DNA of 64,000 bases from Anthoceros angustus. Taxonomy: Eukaryota; Plantae; Anthocerotophyta. The stretch lies in assembly GCA_010909165.1 (NCBI GenBank), contig MU008160.1, forward strand, positions 558,001 through 622,000. The letters run 5' to 3'. Below the pieces are notes generated by a model, which was not told the origin of the DNA, searched no databases, and was given only the letters and a program-made list of their open reading frames with translations. Of the stretch, positions 12,601 through 24,334 are shown one piece after another. The position numbers were made by a program, and so were the translations under genes. Each line of letters starts with the position of its first letter. The first letter of the stretch is position 1.

Positions 12601-15600
12601 AAAAACCACTTCAACTCAGCATCTGGGACAATCTGCTTTATAGTCTCTGCATATTTGAGCAAGTCTCTCTTTCCTTCAATCCCCCGTCGCCACTCTTTCC
12701 AAAGACCAGATTCAGAAACTTCTTCACCTGCCAGAACGAACCAATTGCATATGCATCATGCAAGTGGACAACTTACAACATCTTGATGCAGCAGAGATAG
12801 ACATACCAAAAACACAGCATATTAATCACGAGCTCTGGTGGTCAGCAAGCAATAAAGAAAACTACCTAAATGCATCTATTTCTGTGCATTGCATACTAGC
12901 AATAAGGACATGGTGCATTGTTCATACCCTTCATCCCAGAAGCATCTTGCAGTTGACAGAAAACCAATGCAGTGTTCATCAGCTGGACAATATCCTTGTA
13001 GTCAGGCCTATTTTCCCACTCCTGCTCAAAAATGCGGATCGCAAGAACTGGATCCGACAAATTCAGAAGGTATCCGCATGCGACAACGTCCCCAACTCTA
13101 CTAACAGGTGAACTCAACGCTTTTTGGGCTAATTTTAAAAACAACTTATCATCTGGGCTGATAACGCTGTCCTCTGAAATTTGCACGTGGGGAGATGCCT
13201 GCTGGAAATCCGAGTTGGAAACTCGCTTTGCATGCATGTAGGTGGCTCGAGTCACTTCACCCCACTTGCCTTCTCCAATGTCTTCCAAGTTGGCATCCCC
13301 AGCCCCTGTCCAAACCCATTTCTACCAGCCAGGGCAGCTCCAAGCAGGAGAACCCAATGATCTTTTCCGTGCAACCACCTCCGAACTATACAGGCTACCA
13401 ATCTGCGTTACTTTTGTGACCTTAGAAAGATACTCCCTTCCCTCCTCCAGAATGCCAATGTGCTGCTAGATCCAGAGGCGGGAACCAATCCCTTGACCTC
13501 ACCTTCAGAGGTCTCGCCTGGTTCACTGTTTAGCTCTGGCAAGTACATTGACCACAGCTGGAGCTGCAGGTCGTGGTGAATCAGATGGAGGAGACACTGG
13601 CCCTCCTTGTTCAGTTGGAATTGCTAACGGCCGGTGTCATCCTCCAACTGCTGCAGATTAATGTTGGATTTTACTTCTGATAACGAACTTGCAATGTCCT
13701 CCTTCTGCACTAAATCACAGTGGAGGAGAGCAAATTCAAGAAGCTCTTTTCGAGTGTCCAAGTCCAGCTGAGAATGTCGACCTAATGCAGCACAAACTTC
13801 CCGAACTGGAATGTCTCACTTCCTGGCCACCTCAAGGCACAGTTCTCGAGCAAGCTCAATGTCACCTGTGTCCAGAGCCCTCCATCCAATTTCAACCTCA
13901 ACCTCCGCAATGTCCTCAAGTGTGGTTAAGCCCAGAAGCTTTGTAACCTTGATGCGCTCTTGCACGTTCAAATATGAATTAGGGTGGGCTGATATTGCTC
14001 GTCTCACAGCTTCCATTCCATTTGACATTTGCCTAGACTCCATTGGTAACAGCGTGACACCCAGATTTGGAAGTCTGAATGAGATAGCCTCGTAGAGATC
14101 CGCCACTGCATTTGCACACTCACTCAAGTAGAAGCGCAAGGCACTGCTTGGCAAGGCACCATTGACCACAGCTGGAGCTGCAGGTCGTGGTGAATCAGAT
14201 GGAGGAGACACTGGCCCTCCTTGTTCAGTTGGAATTGCTAACGGCCGGTGTCATCCTCCAACTGCTGCAGATTGATGCTTGATTTTACTTCTGATAACAA
14301 ACTTGCAATGTCCTCCTTCTGCACTAAATCGCAGTGGAGAGCAAATTCAAGAAGCTCCTTTCGAGTGTCCAAGTCCAGCTGAGGATGTCGACCTAATGCA
14401 GCACAAACTTCCCGAACTGGAATGTATCCCTTCCTGGCCACCTCAAGGCACAGTTCTCGAGCAAGCTCAATATCACCTGCGTCCAGAGCCCTCCATCCAA
14501 TTTCAACCTCAACCTCCGCAATATCTTCAAATGTGGTTAAGCCCAGAAGCTTTGTAACCTTGATGAGCTCTTGCACGTTCAAATATGAATTAGGGTGGGC
14601 TGATATTGCTCGTCTGACAGCTTCCATTCGATTTGACATTTGCCTAAACTCCAGTGGTAACAGCGTGACACCCAGATTTGGAAGTCTGAATGAGATAGCC
14701 TCGTAGAGATCCGCCTCTACATTTGCACACTCACTCTCAGGTAGAAGCGCAAGGCACTGCTTGGCAAGGCACCATTGACCACAGCTGGAGCTGCAGGTCG
14801 TGGTGAATCAGATGGAGGAGACACTGGCCCTCCTTGTTCAGTTGGAATTGCTAACGGCCGGTGTCATCCTCCAACTGCTGCAGATTGATGCTTGATTTTA
14901 CTTCTGATAACAAACTTGCAATGTCCTCCTTCTGCACTAAATCGCAGTGGAGAGCAAATTCAAGAAGCTCCTTTCGAGTGTCCAAGTCCAGCTGAGGATG
15001 TCGACCTAATGCAGCACAAACTTCCCGAACTGGAATGTATCCCTTCCTGGCCACCTCAAGGCACAGTTCTCGAGCAAGCTCAATATCACCTGCGTCCAGA
15101 GCCCTCCATCCAATTTCAACCTCAACCTCCGCAATATCTTCAAATGTGGTTAAGCCCAGAAGCTTTGTAACCTTGATGAGCTCTTGCACGTTCAAATATG
15201 AATTAGGGTGGGCTGATATTGCTCGTCTGACAGCTTCCATTCGATTTGACATTTGCCTAAACTCCAGTGGTAACAGCGTGACACCCAGATTTGGAAGTCT
15301 GAATGAGATAGCCTCGTAGAGATCCGCCTCTACATTTGCACACTCACTCTCAGGTAGAAGCGCAAGGCACTGCTTGGCAATGTCAACCTGAAGAGCCAAT
15401 TCATAAGTTTGATCAGACATTGCTCACTAAAATGTACAACCAGGAACAGATCCATTCAAGGAGGGTTCATGACTGAAAGGATGACCAGTCACTTCCCAAA
15501 GTAAGAGCACAAACCTCTACAGAGTCCAGGCTTGATGCAGAGTAAAAGTATTCTCGGGCTGCATGTAGCACTATCTTCTCCACTTGCTCCTTTGGGAGGA

Positions 15601-18600
15601 CAGCATTTCCATTACCCTTAAGGTAACTCTTAGCAAGAGAAAGCTTGCCAGCCTTTAAAAGCCCTCGGCAGAATTCTGCCAGTAGAAAATCTCTCTCCAA
15701 GAAATTTGCTTTCTCATGGAGAGCACGTAAGTCATGCCACAAACCTGTCCAGTCACCATCAGATCTGGCGGGTTGCCGACGTGTAAACCTTGCAAGCAAG
15801 GTGCGCAGATGCTGCTTCCTAGCATTCAGATCATCCTGAGAGGCTAGCAGGGAAGTCATGGAGACGTGTACCTGTCAAGCAGAAACAACTAAGCAAATGC
15901 AAAGACAAACACATTCTGTAACAAGGGTGCTGAAAGTGAATATCCCACAAACCTGATAGCTTGAGAGAAGCTTTCCAACTTCAACGTATGCCTCTGCTTG
16001 CTTGAGCCTTTCATTAAGAACCTCATTTATCACTTGATTCCTGCCCTCGTCTTTGCTGTCTTCCAAAGCAGTGTCCACAAGAGGCAACATTGTTATCCCC
16101 CTCTTCACACCTGCGTGTCGGAAAACACTTGCAAGACCACCCCTCAAACCCTTGCTGGGGTGCTCCTCTTCAGACACACTGAAATGATCATCTTTTGGCA
16201 CATTTCGGGGTAACTTTTGCAGAATGGCACCAAGCCGAGGCCATTGATCAGTTTGCTTGCAGGCATACACACATTCCAGGGCAGCTGTTACAAGCTCAGC
16301 TTCGTTCTCAAACAACCAATCACCTTTAGCCCCACGCATTCCTTCAGCAAGGACTGCTGCACATATTTCCAGCTTGTTATCCTCTGCACATTGTCTTAAC
16401 CATTCAGCCAAAAGCGAATCAGAAAGCCTCTCATCAGAGTTGCCACCACTTGTGTCGGCTATAGCCACCTTCCTATCTGAGCGCCCATACTTTCTTCTAA
16501 TGAATGGCACACCTCGTTCTCGCAGCTTATCAATAACGTTTGATGCATTGGCACCTTGCAGCATATACTCAAACTTTTCGGACTGCTTCAGCTGCTCCCA
16601 ATCACGAAGTTTAAGGTCTATATCAACATTGTCAGAATCACCTGCTCCAAAAACAAGCCAGTACAAATCTGACACATCTTCAAAGAGACGGTCCAACTCA
16701 CTGACACCCTTCTCTAGACCAACATTTAGGAGTGTCAGACTGTTCTCAAGTTGCCCGCTTGCCTTGTCAATGGCTCTTGCTCGAGCCCTGTACCACTCGA
16801 TTACCTCTAGTTCAGACGGCCAAATCAGCCCAGTTGAAAGTATGACCATGTGCTCCGTGGCCTCTCCAAGACCAACGTCAGTTTTCTGCAACTCCTCCTG
16901 ACCTACACCTCCTTTAATGGCCTCCAGAGTTTTCCTGCTTTCCACCCAATCTGCATCCTTGCGAGTGATTACTGCTTCGGGGGCTTGAAGTTCTGGGAGC
17001 AAATTCACATAGCTATGAGGAGGTACAGTCTCCGGAATGGAGTTCAAAATGGTGAGGATGTGAGGGGCCAAAGAATATAAGTGCCGCTTTACAAGCAACT
17101 CCACCGGGGCAATCTTAGCCTCTTCAGCAAACTTGATGGCAACCTTCAGTAGTGGTGTAGCTCGAAAAACAGAATACTGGTCAGGGAAGAACCTACAAAA
17201 AGCAAGCCACGCCAGTCTAATCAGGAGTGCCTCATAGCTACCTTTCATCTGCATGTCTGTTGACGCAAAAGTCCAACTGAACACACATAGGTGAGGACGA
17301 ACCTTCCCGAATGCATTGCCAGAAACGTTTCCAGCCTGTCCTTAAATTGCAGCAGTCGCAGTCTCTTACATGTAAACCACCAAACCTGATCGGATCCACC
17401 TCCAAATGTTTCTTGGCCCTCACCATGTACAAAAGGTTCAGTCACGGACAACCCATACTCTAGCAAAGCACTCATAGCTTCTGTGTTTAAGCATATCTTA
17501 TCTAAAGTCTCCTTTACAATCCACTTCAGGTCTTTGATGCTTGGAAACAAACGTTGCACAGCTTCTTTCCCAAAATCTGACCGCTTCCACTGAGCCTTGT
17601 ATACCTCATCTGTATCCAGGGCGTGCTTCTCTGCCATTTTAAGTGCAAGGTCATATCTCCCTTGTTCAACATGAATGAGGAACATTTCTTGCACAGATCG
17701 CTCAACCATTGACCTGAGTCTCCACCCACACTTCCCGATGGAAGAGTCAAATTCAGAAAACCTCAACTTGGTCAATGACAACCACTCGTACAAAATTGTA
17801 AATCGAGAGGAAACACCCTGGTGTCCCCTGGCTACTTCAGCTAGCTCCTCAAGGAAAAACACACGGCCCATCAACACCTGGGTAAGCCGGATGGAGGACA
17901 GTGAAGTGGGTGGGACATCAGCCCATACTCTCCTAAAAGATGGAACTTCAAGCAAATCTAGAATCCCATGTCGTCTACTTGCAACGAGCAGAGCATTCCC
18001 AGACCACCACCCAAAATCCTCCACACCATGATGGAATACACCGATTCCCTTTCCTTCGTTCCGCAGCTCAGAGACATTGCTCTCGTCCTCAGATGTTTCA
18101 GCAATGGCCAGATCTTCAACCACCCAATCTTCCATCTTCATCAGAGCCATTAAGTGCAAGCTGCCATCAGGATTTAGTATTGCAAGATACTGGAAGCTGG
18201 GTGATATGCCAACTTTTGGCACAGCAAGGGTTCCAGGTGATGACCATAGCCTGGGCCATGCTGGCCAGTGAAAAAGCCTCTGCGGAGTTGTACTGCAGAA
18301 AAAAACCTCTAATGAAGCAGGAGAACCAGATAATCCCCAGAGAGAGAGTGAAAATCTGCCTGCATTCAAAACCAATTAACCTATGAGAAACATATGCTAA
18401 TAACAGATCCAAAAATCAAATTGACCAGATAAGAGCTTACAGAGGATATCAGTAACTCCAACGCAAGACTTACATCCTTTTCCTGGACCAATCACGGCCA
18501 GGGCAGACTGTTCAGGATGGAAACAAAGTGACCAAACTCCCCACGGATGCTGGCCTCTCACAGTCCATGTGCTGTCTGGTGCATGATGGGTTGGAAGAAG

Positions 18601-19725
18601 AGGAACAGATTCCTTGTTGACTTCATATCGATATAGCGTGCCATCAGATGTCATGACGACAACATCATACCTGAGTGGGGCAGCGAGGCTTTAGAAAATT
18701 CGCAGCTCCTGCTAACCATGACAGCGCCGAAGACTACATCTGAATGCAACAGCCCAGCAACCATCTCATGAATGTATGTATTCAACCAGCCATGCCATTC
18801 AAAGCGAGTTGCACGAGCTTCAGGTGCAATCCTGAAACAGCCCAGCTTACCTACAACTTCTCATCCTTCCTAAGCTACACCCAACAACAGCCAAACAACC
18901 AACCTTTTAACTCTTGAACCAGGGGTTCGTGCAATAAATAATCCCACAATCTGGGTTTCTCCATCAGGCACGATGACCCTGCTAATTTCTGCTGCCTTGG
19001 AATCCAGAAAGTAAATTAAACTGGCGCTGCTAGCGACCACAAGCGTATTCCATTCATCAATCCATGCGCCATGAACAAACTCCTCAGTCTGGGAGGGAGC
19101 TGCCAAAAGTGACGTACAGTCAGCCCCACCCTGATGAACCAACTGACCATCAAAATGACCAAACCTGTCAAGATGCGTACCACTAAAGACCCCAACCGGA
19201 TGCCTGTAGTCATCGGTCTGACTCAAAATTGTCACAGTATGCTGATAAAGCAATGCAACATATGCACCAGTGCCAGACAGCACTGGTGCTCTCAACTTCA
19301 CATGGTCCGCTGAGAAATATTTTAGCAACCACCCACTGCCTGGCAATCTCTTCAGTCCTGCAAGCCACCAACCTAGCTCCATCAACTCACCACCCACCCC
19401 ACAAAACCCAGCATTAGCCAGCAGAATTCCAGCTCTACCCACAAAACCCATACCTCCAGAGGCCAGATGCAGCGCCATCTTCAAAGTCTTAACCGACAAG
19501 ATGCCGTGCTGCACATGCCCCCGAGCCAAGAAGTCAGGACCCAAAACCCAGCATCCACAACAAGGGCCAGTCACGCAATTGGGTGGGCAAGGGCTTTACC
19601 GGCGTGCCCTGATCAGGCCCTTCCTCGATGAATTCGGCATGCGAGAAGATCTGATAGAACTTGGGCTCCCCATTCAACTCTGCGGATTGCCGGGTCCTCC
19701 GGAGCCCTGGAGAGACCCCTGCCAT
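9614..19725 (-). CDS. MIP2: MAG2-interacting protein 2 / NBAS (Sec39) homolog, multi-exon; frameshifts and an internal triplication in this assembly
   Basis: N-terminal beta-propeller-like region (TILSQTDDYRHPVGVF). Sec39-region motifs RLRLLQFKDRLETFL, LNSIPETVPPHSYVNLLP, WYRARARAIDKASGQLENSL, EFCRGLLKAGKLSLAKSYLKG, AAREYFYSASSL, LPNLGVTLLP. The start ATG at 19725 is inferred and not all exon edges were resolved. Confidence 0.88.
13546..15380. repeat. Tandem triplication of a ~613-bp MIP2 exon segment
   Basis: The unit restarts at 13546, 14160 and 14773 (CATTGACCACAGCTGG). Copies 2 and 3 give identical ORF translations; copy 1 is diverged. Confidence 0.95.
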
Positions 19726-20242
19726 GGCTCTGGTAGGCCAAACTCTGGATGCCGCCTCCTTCAAGCTTGGGCGACGCAGTGGTAAGCCAACCTCGGCCGC
19801 GGGCGGCTCCAATTGCCCAGCGTGTCAGCTCACGGGCGGGCATGCCAGCCCGCACATGCACACCGTGCAGGCTTTTGGGACAGTCGGCTGCGGGCACCGG
19901 AACGCACGACACGAGCCTGGATGGGAGAGTGACGCAATGTCCCACTACCCGGATGACTGGATGACTGACGCACAAACAACGCTTAACACTAAGTTGCTTG
20001 CTATCTGCAATTAATTAGACTACGCTGGATTCTTTCTGTCTCGTCTTGCCGTCTGCTTACCTTACGTTAGTCTGCTCACGTTAGTCTGCGAAGACTGTAA
20101 GCTGCTCCCAGTCTGTCTGCGATGTCTAGAATGGCCTGCATCAAACATTCAGCTGGACCGGCTTCCAGTCCACAAGTGGGTTCGGCTCTGACTTCGTATC
20201 CCAGCAGGGACACAAGGAGTGGAGGGGAATAGGGGAAACTTT

Positions 20243-20285
20243 CATAGTGTTGCCCTCCCTAATTGGGACACTATAAATGGAAAAC
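20243..20285. mobile_element. Isolated end fragment of the MITE family seen at 1671-2198
   Basis: CCTCCCTAATTGGGACACTATAAATGG matches CCCTCTAATTGGGAACTCTATAAATGG at ~1683-1710. Confidence 0.45.
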
Positions 20286-20364
20286 TGAGGTCCGAGGTCC
20301 CTTTGCATATGGAAACCTAGGACTGTGGAAACCCCTTTAGTTGATTTGTTTTGTACAGATTAGG

Positions 20365-20510
20365 CTACTCAGGGTTGGTTGCTGCATAGACAAAAACGAG
20401 CCTATGAGCTAGATCATAGACCTTAGGTCTTTAGGAGATGATCTTTACTCGGGGTTGGTTGCTGCATAAATGCACAGCCTTTGAGCTAGATCATAAACCT
20501 CAGGTCTTTA
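20365..20510. repeat. Two-copy ~80-bp direct repeat
   Basis: TACTC(A/G)GGGTTGGTTGCTGCATA...GAGCTAGATCATA(G/A)ACCT(T/C)AGGTCTTTAG occurs twice. Confidence 0.8.
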
Positions 20511-20703
20511 GCTCGACAAGGTTAGTGTAGTGACTTGCTAGCACAGATCTGATACGCGGGATACACCTGCTCAGATGGAAGAGACAGGATACATGCATGT
20601 ATGGATGTACAAAGGAAAAAGGGCTTGCTACCCTGAACCCATCCGTGCATGTTTCATGGCGCAGATGAGTACACCGCAGGTTCATAGTGATTGATTGAGC
20701 ACC

Positions 20704-22219
20704 TCAAAATTGTTCAGATCGGCGTACCAGAATAGCCACGATTGCGCACATCCTAATGTTGCTGTACTTGTCGTAGTTTCGGGTGGCCTTGGCCTCCAGC
20801 CGCTGGAACAAGAGTTCCGAGAGCTCGGGCCCGATGTGGCTGTGGAGCAGTCCTGATGTCACGCTCCTCGTCTTGTTTGCCCAGCTCCTTCCAAATGCTT
20901 CCCGGGTTGGCCACATTCGCTTCTTCTCCTCCGCCGAGACGATGTCTTCCTTCGCCACGTTGTCCAGCAAGCGGATGTCGAACAGCCTCGACTCCTTCAC
21001 ACCTATCCTTACTTCTGCCAGACTTCTGCTGTACGCTGAGATGTTGAAAGTGTCCAGCTTTTCCTGCTCAATCATGCCCTGTCACTGAAGATGATCAGGT
21101 GTCGTCGTGGTGTGAGACCTTGAGAACAGTGTCCAGATTCAGATTAAGTTGAGGCGTGTGTGAGGAAATCTCACACGGTCAGGGAGTGGCAATTTCAAAC
21201 AGATTTGTAAAAGCTATTCAGGATTTGCATTTGAATGGTTTTAGATTAGTATGTACCTCGGAAACGAGATCCTGAAAGCTTTGTTGCAGCAGTTCTCCAG
21301 CTTCATTTAAGCCTTGAAACTCTTCCACTCCGTTAGCGAGGTCCTCCTCACTCCTAAGACGGTCCTTCTCCAACCTGCCACCGAACATGAGCACCAAAAC
21401 GCCGCCAGGCACCAGCTCTTCAGCTCGAAATTGCAGAAACTTCCTGAAATCATCCGCGGATTGCTGAGCAATCACATCTCGCACTGGTCCACTGGTTCCA
21501 TCCAACCATATGCGGTTTTGTTGTAGGCATCAGAATTTTTATCTGTGATCGCTGCAGGAACCTACACAAGGCAGGCGAAGATGTCAGTCACTTCTGTCTA
21601 CATGAGCTTCGCAATCCACAGGCCGTCATCCTAGCTGACAGCTGTAGCAGTGCTGCTAGAGGAAGCTGAAAGTGCGAATATCACCTCGGAAAGCCAATGC
21701 AGAGCCGAAAAGAGGAGATAATGTGCATGCTCCTGGAAGGAAACAGCCTCCTTGAAGAAAGAGCCAGGGACGCCGGCGGAGAAAATCCTCCTGCTCGAAT
21801 TGCGCCTGAAATCCTTGAGCGACCGGTTTGAGCCTCGATGCAGAGGCGGCAATTCTTGGAACAAGGTGTTGAAATCGTTGGAAGGCAGATCAGAAAGAAC
21901 ACCTCCACCTCGGCATTTCCACATCCTCCCTCCGATATCTGTACTTTACCACATCCAAAATGCTCTTCACCGCATTCAACGTGTTGCTGCCAGTGGCGCA
22001 TCCCAGGTCCGCGACCCTCAGAGCTGGCACGCCGGGCGCAGGAGCAGGTACATCCCGCATCTCCCTCAAGGCAGTGTACAGCACGCTTTCACAGAAGTTG
22101 AAAACGTGTGCTTGCAGCTGCGAGTTCTTAGCGTAGCTGTCCTCCCCGTTGCCTCCCGACATGCTGGATTTGGCAACCTGGATAACATCGCTGTCCCTGC
22201 CGAGCGCCTGGATCGTCAT
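20704..22219 (-). CDS. SABATH-family SAM-dependent carboxyl methyltransferase (Methyltransf_7); exons ~22219-21685, 21561-21257, 21078-20704; frameshifted as assembled
   Basis: MSGGNGEDSYAKNSQLQ, RVADLGCATGSNT, SDLPSNDFNTLF, GVPGSFF, ALHWLSEVP, FLQFRAEELVPGGVLVL, KLDTFNISAY; GT-AG introns. Confidence 0.88.
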
Positions 22220-24334
22220 TGTGGAAACTTGATGACAAACTCCACTCTAGGGAAAAAGTGCAGGAAAGGCTCTTCAAAGAGCGTCCCCGAGCAAATTAAA
22301 GACTGCAATCCTCAACACTGTCTAGCTATGCTCACAACAGCCGACAACCAAATAGCAAACACACAGCGCTGATAAGCGATGAAAGCAGCCGTGGCTTCTG
22401 TCGTAGGGAACCGCAGACACCAAAATGGTCAGAGCAACGAGAAGCTACAGCTGAGTGAGGAACTTCAACTTCCAGCAAAGGGCCATTTTACAGTCGGCCT
22501 CCTAGGTTGCTCGGTGCGCACCGCCAAATCATAGAGCATAGCACACCTCTAATTCAAGCAAGACTCTGCCACGGCTTCGCATTCAAATTGCCGTTTCTTA
22601 GCTGACAATGGCATCATCTTTCATGCTGTTGCTTTTCCAACAGAACCTGAATGCAAGAGTGAAGAGGAGGATGAATGCCGGAGAAGGCTGGGCCATCTCC
22701 ATGATAAGATTGAATATCAACCAACATTCCCGACATTGATCTGACCAATAGCAACCTTGCTGGCCTCGCTCTCCCGAAAGGTCACCCGATCCGGGATCGC
22801 CATGTCAAGTGATCCTCCGGGGAAAAGGTTCTCGGCGCTGGCGTTACTTACACCTCTGCTGCATGATTTGCTCTGTGGACCTGCTGCACCGCACCCAGCG
22901 ACGTCCCAGCTGCATTATTTGCGCCTGCACACGTTTCTCGTCGCGCCACCCTCCTTGGGCCATGCTGAACCCACGTGGCTGGAGAAGAAGAAAAGAACAC
23001 ACAAAAAATGTAGATCCATTTGAAGACGATACGCGGCTGCCCAAGAGAGGGCCCTCCGATCCTCCAATGCGGGCCGCGTGGCCTCGTCAGGTGCCGAGAA
23101 CCGCGCGTCACCAGAGAATGAAAGTGCTCCAGTTGGATGGTTTAACTCTAAGTCTTAAGTTATTTTCACGTAAGTAGCTATTTTATACAATATATTCCCT
23201 TCAATCGTTTCTGTTCCATACAGTACCTAGTCTTCTGGTGATTCTTCAAATGACCTACTCGTTTGGCACTTGTTCTATCCAACAGAATCCGAAACTCGCC
23301 ATCCTCACGACGGTCTGAAGCAAAGAGCTGAAGCGGTCGTCTTCACCCGCCAGATACCCCAGAAAACCGAAATTCGCCATCTTCACCGCAGTCTCAAGAG
23401 CTGAAGCAAGTCATCGTCACCCGCCACCAGTTGCGATCGCTTCACGAGTCATCCATCACCTGCGAAACCCGAACATCCTTCCAACCTCAACTTTCCAACA
23501 TAAAACCATCTCAAACCCCACACTTGCCACAACAGCCTCACCACGGACCTCAGGCAACCTGGCACCAATCGGGTCTCGGCTCCAGATCGACAAACGTTCC
23601 TGTCCCACCATGGCAGTGAATATTTCACATTGGAAATGACACAGATGTGTTCAAGAAGGCGCTCGTATCTTCTCGCTCGGCAGATGGAACAAATTGATGA
23701 TCCGTATCCAACGCCATGTCGTACTTGCTGGATGAATCAGAGTACCTGCATACCGACAGTAAGACCTCGGAGCTTTGTAATCAGGAGCATGATCCAAAAA
23801 ATCTCTCAAAACCGTACACGCCGCGCCAGACACGCTAGCTAGACATGAATCGTGTTCCCGAAACACGCAGCTGCAACATGTCCTGTGTGTGTGTCCAGAC
23901 AAAAATGCTCCTCCTGCTTAGAGAGTTCAACTTAACATCAAGTCAAACATTGCAATATTGCATACAGTAGCTCCTTGTCTTTTCATTGTGCATCTCCTCT
24001 GAAATGTAGCCAGCGACAGTCTACTGAAATCGAAGCACCGGCCATCTCTCAGCCTCACATTGGTCAGCCAGTTTCAGCAACGGCGTACTCCTTCTTGAGG
24101 CCTGGACCAGATCAAACAGCTCAAAACGGTGAATGTTTTAAGATCCTGGCAACACTGAAACTACGAAACGCAACTCATAGTCAGTGGAAATATGTACATA
24201 CTTTCACAGATAATGGCACTCGTTGCATAGTTGGTAGACCTAGTTTCATAGTTTTCGAATGCCCATCCCTACACGAACAAGTGAAATCCATGGATGGACG
24301 TCCACACTTGAGCACTGGCTCCTTTTCATTCTTC

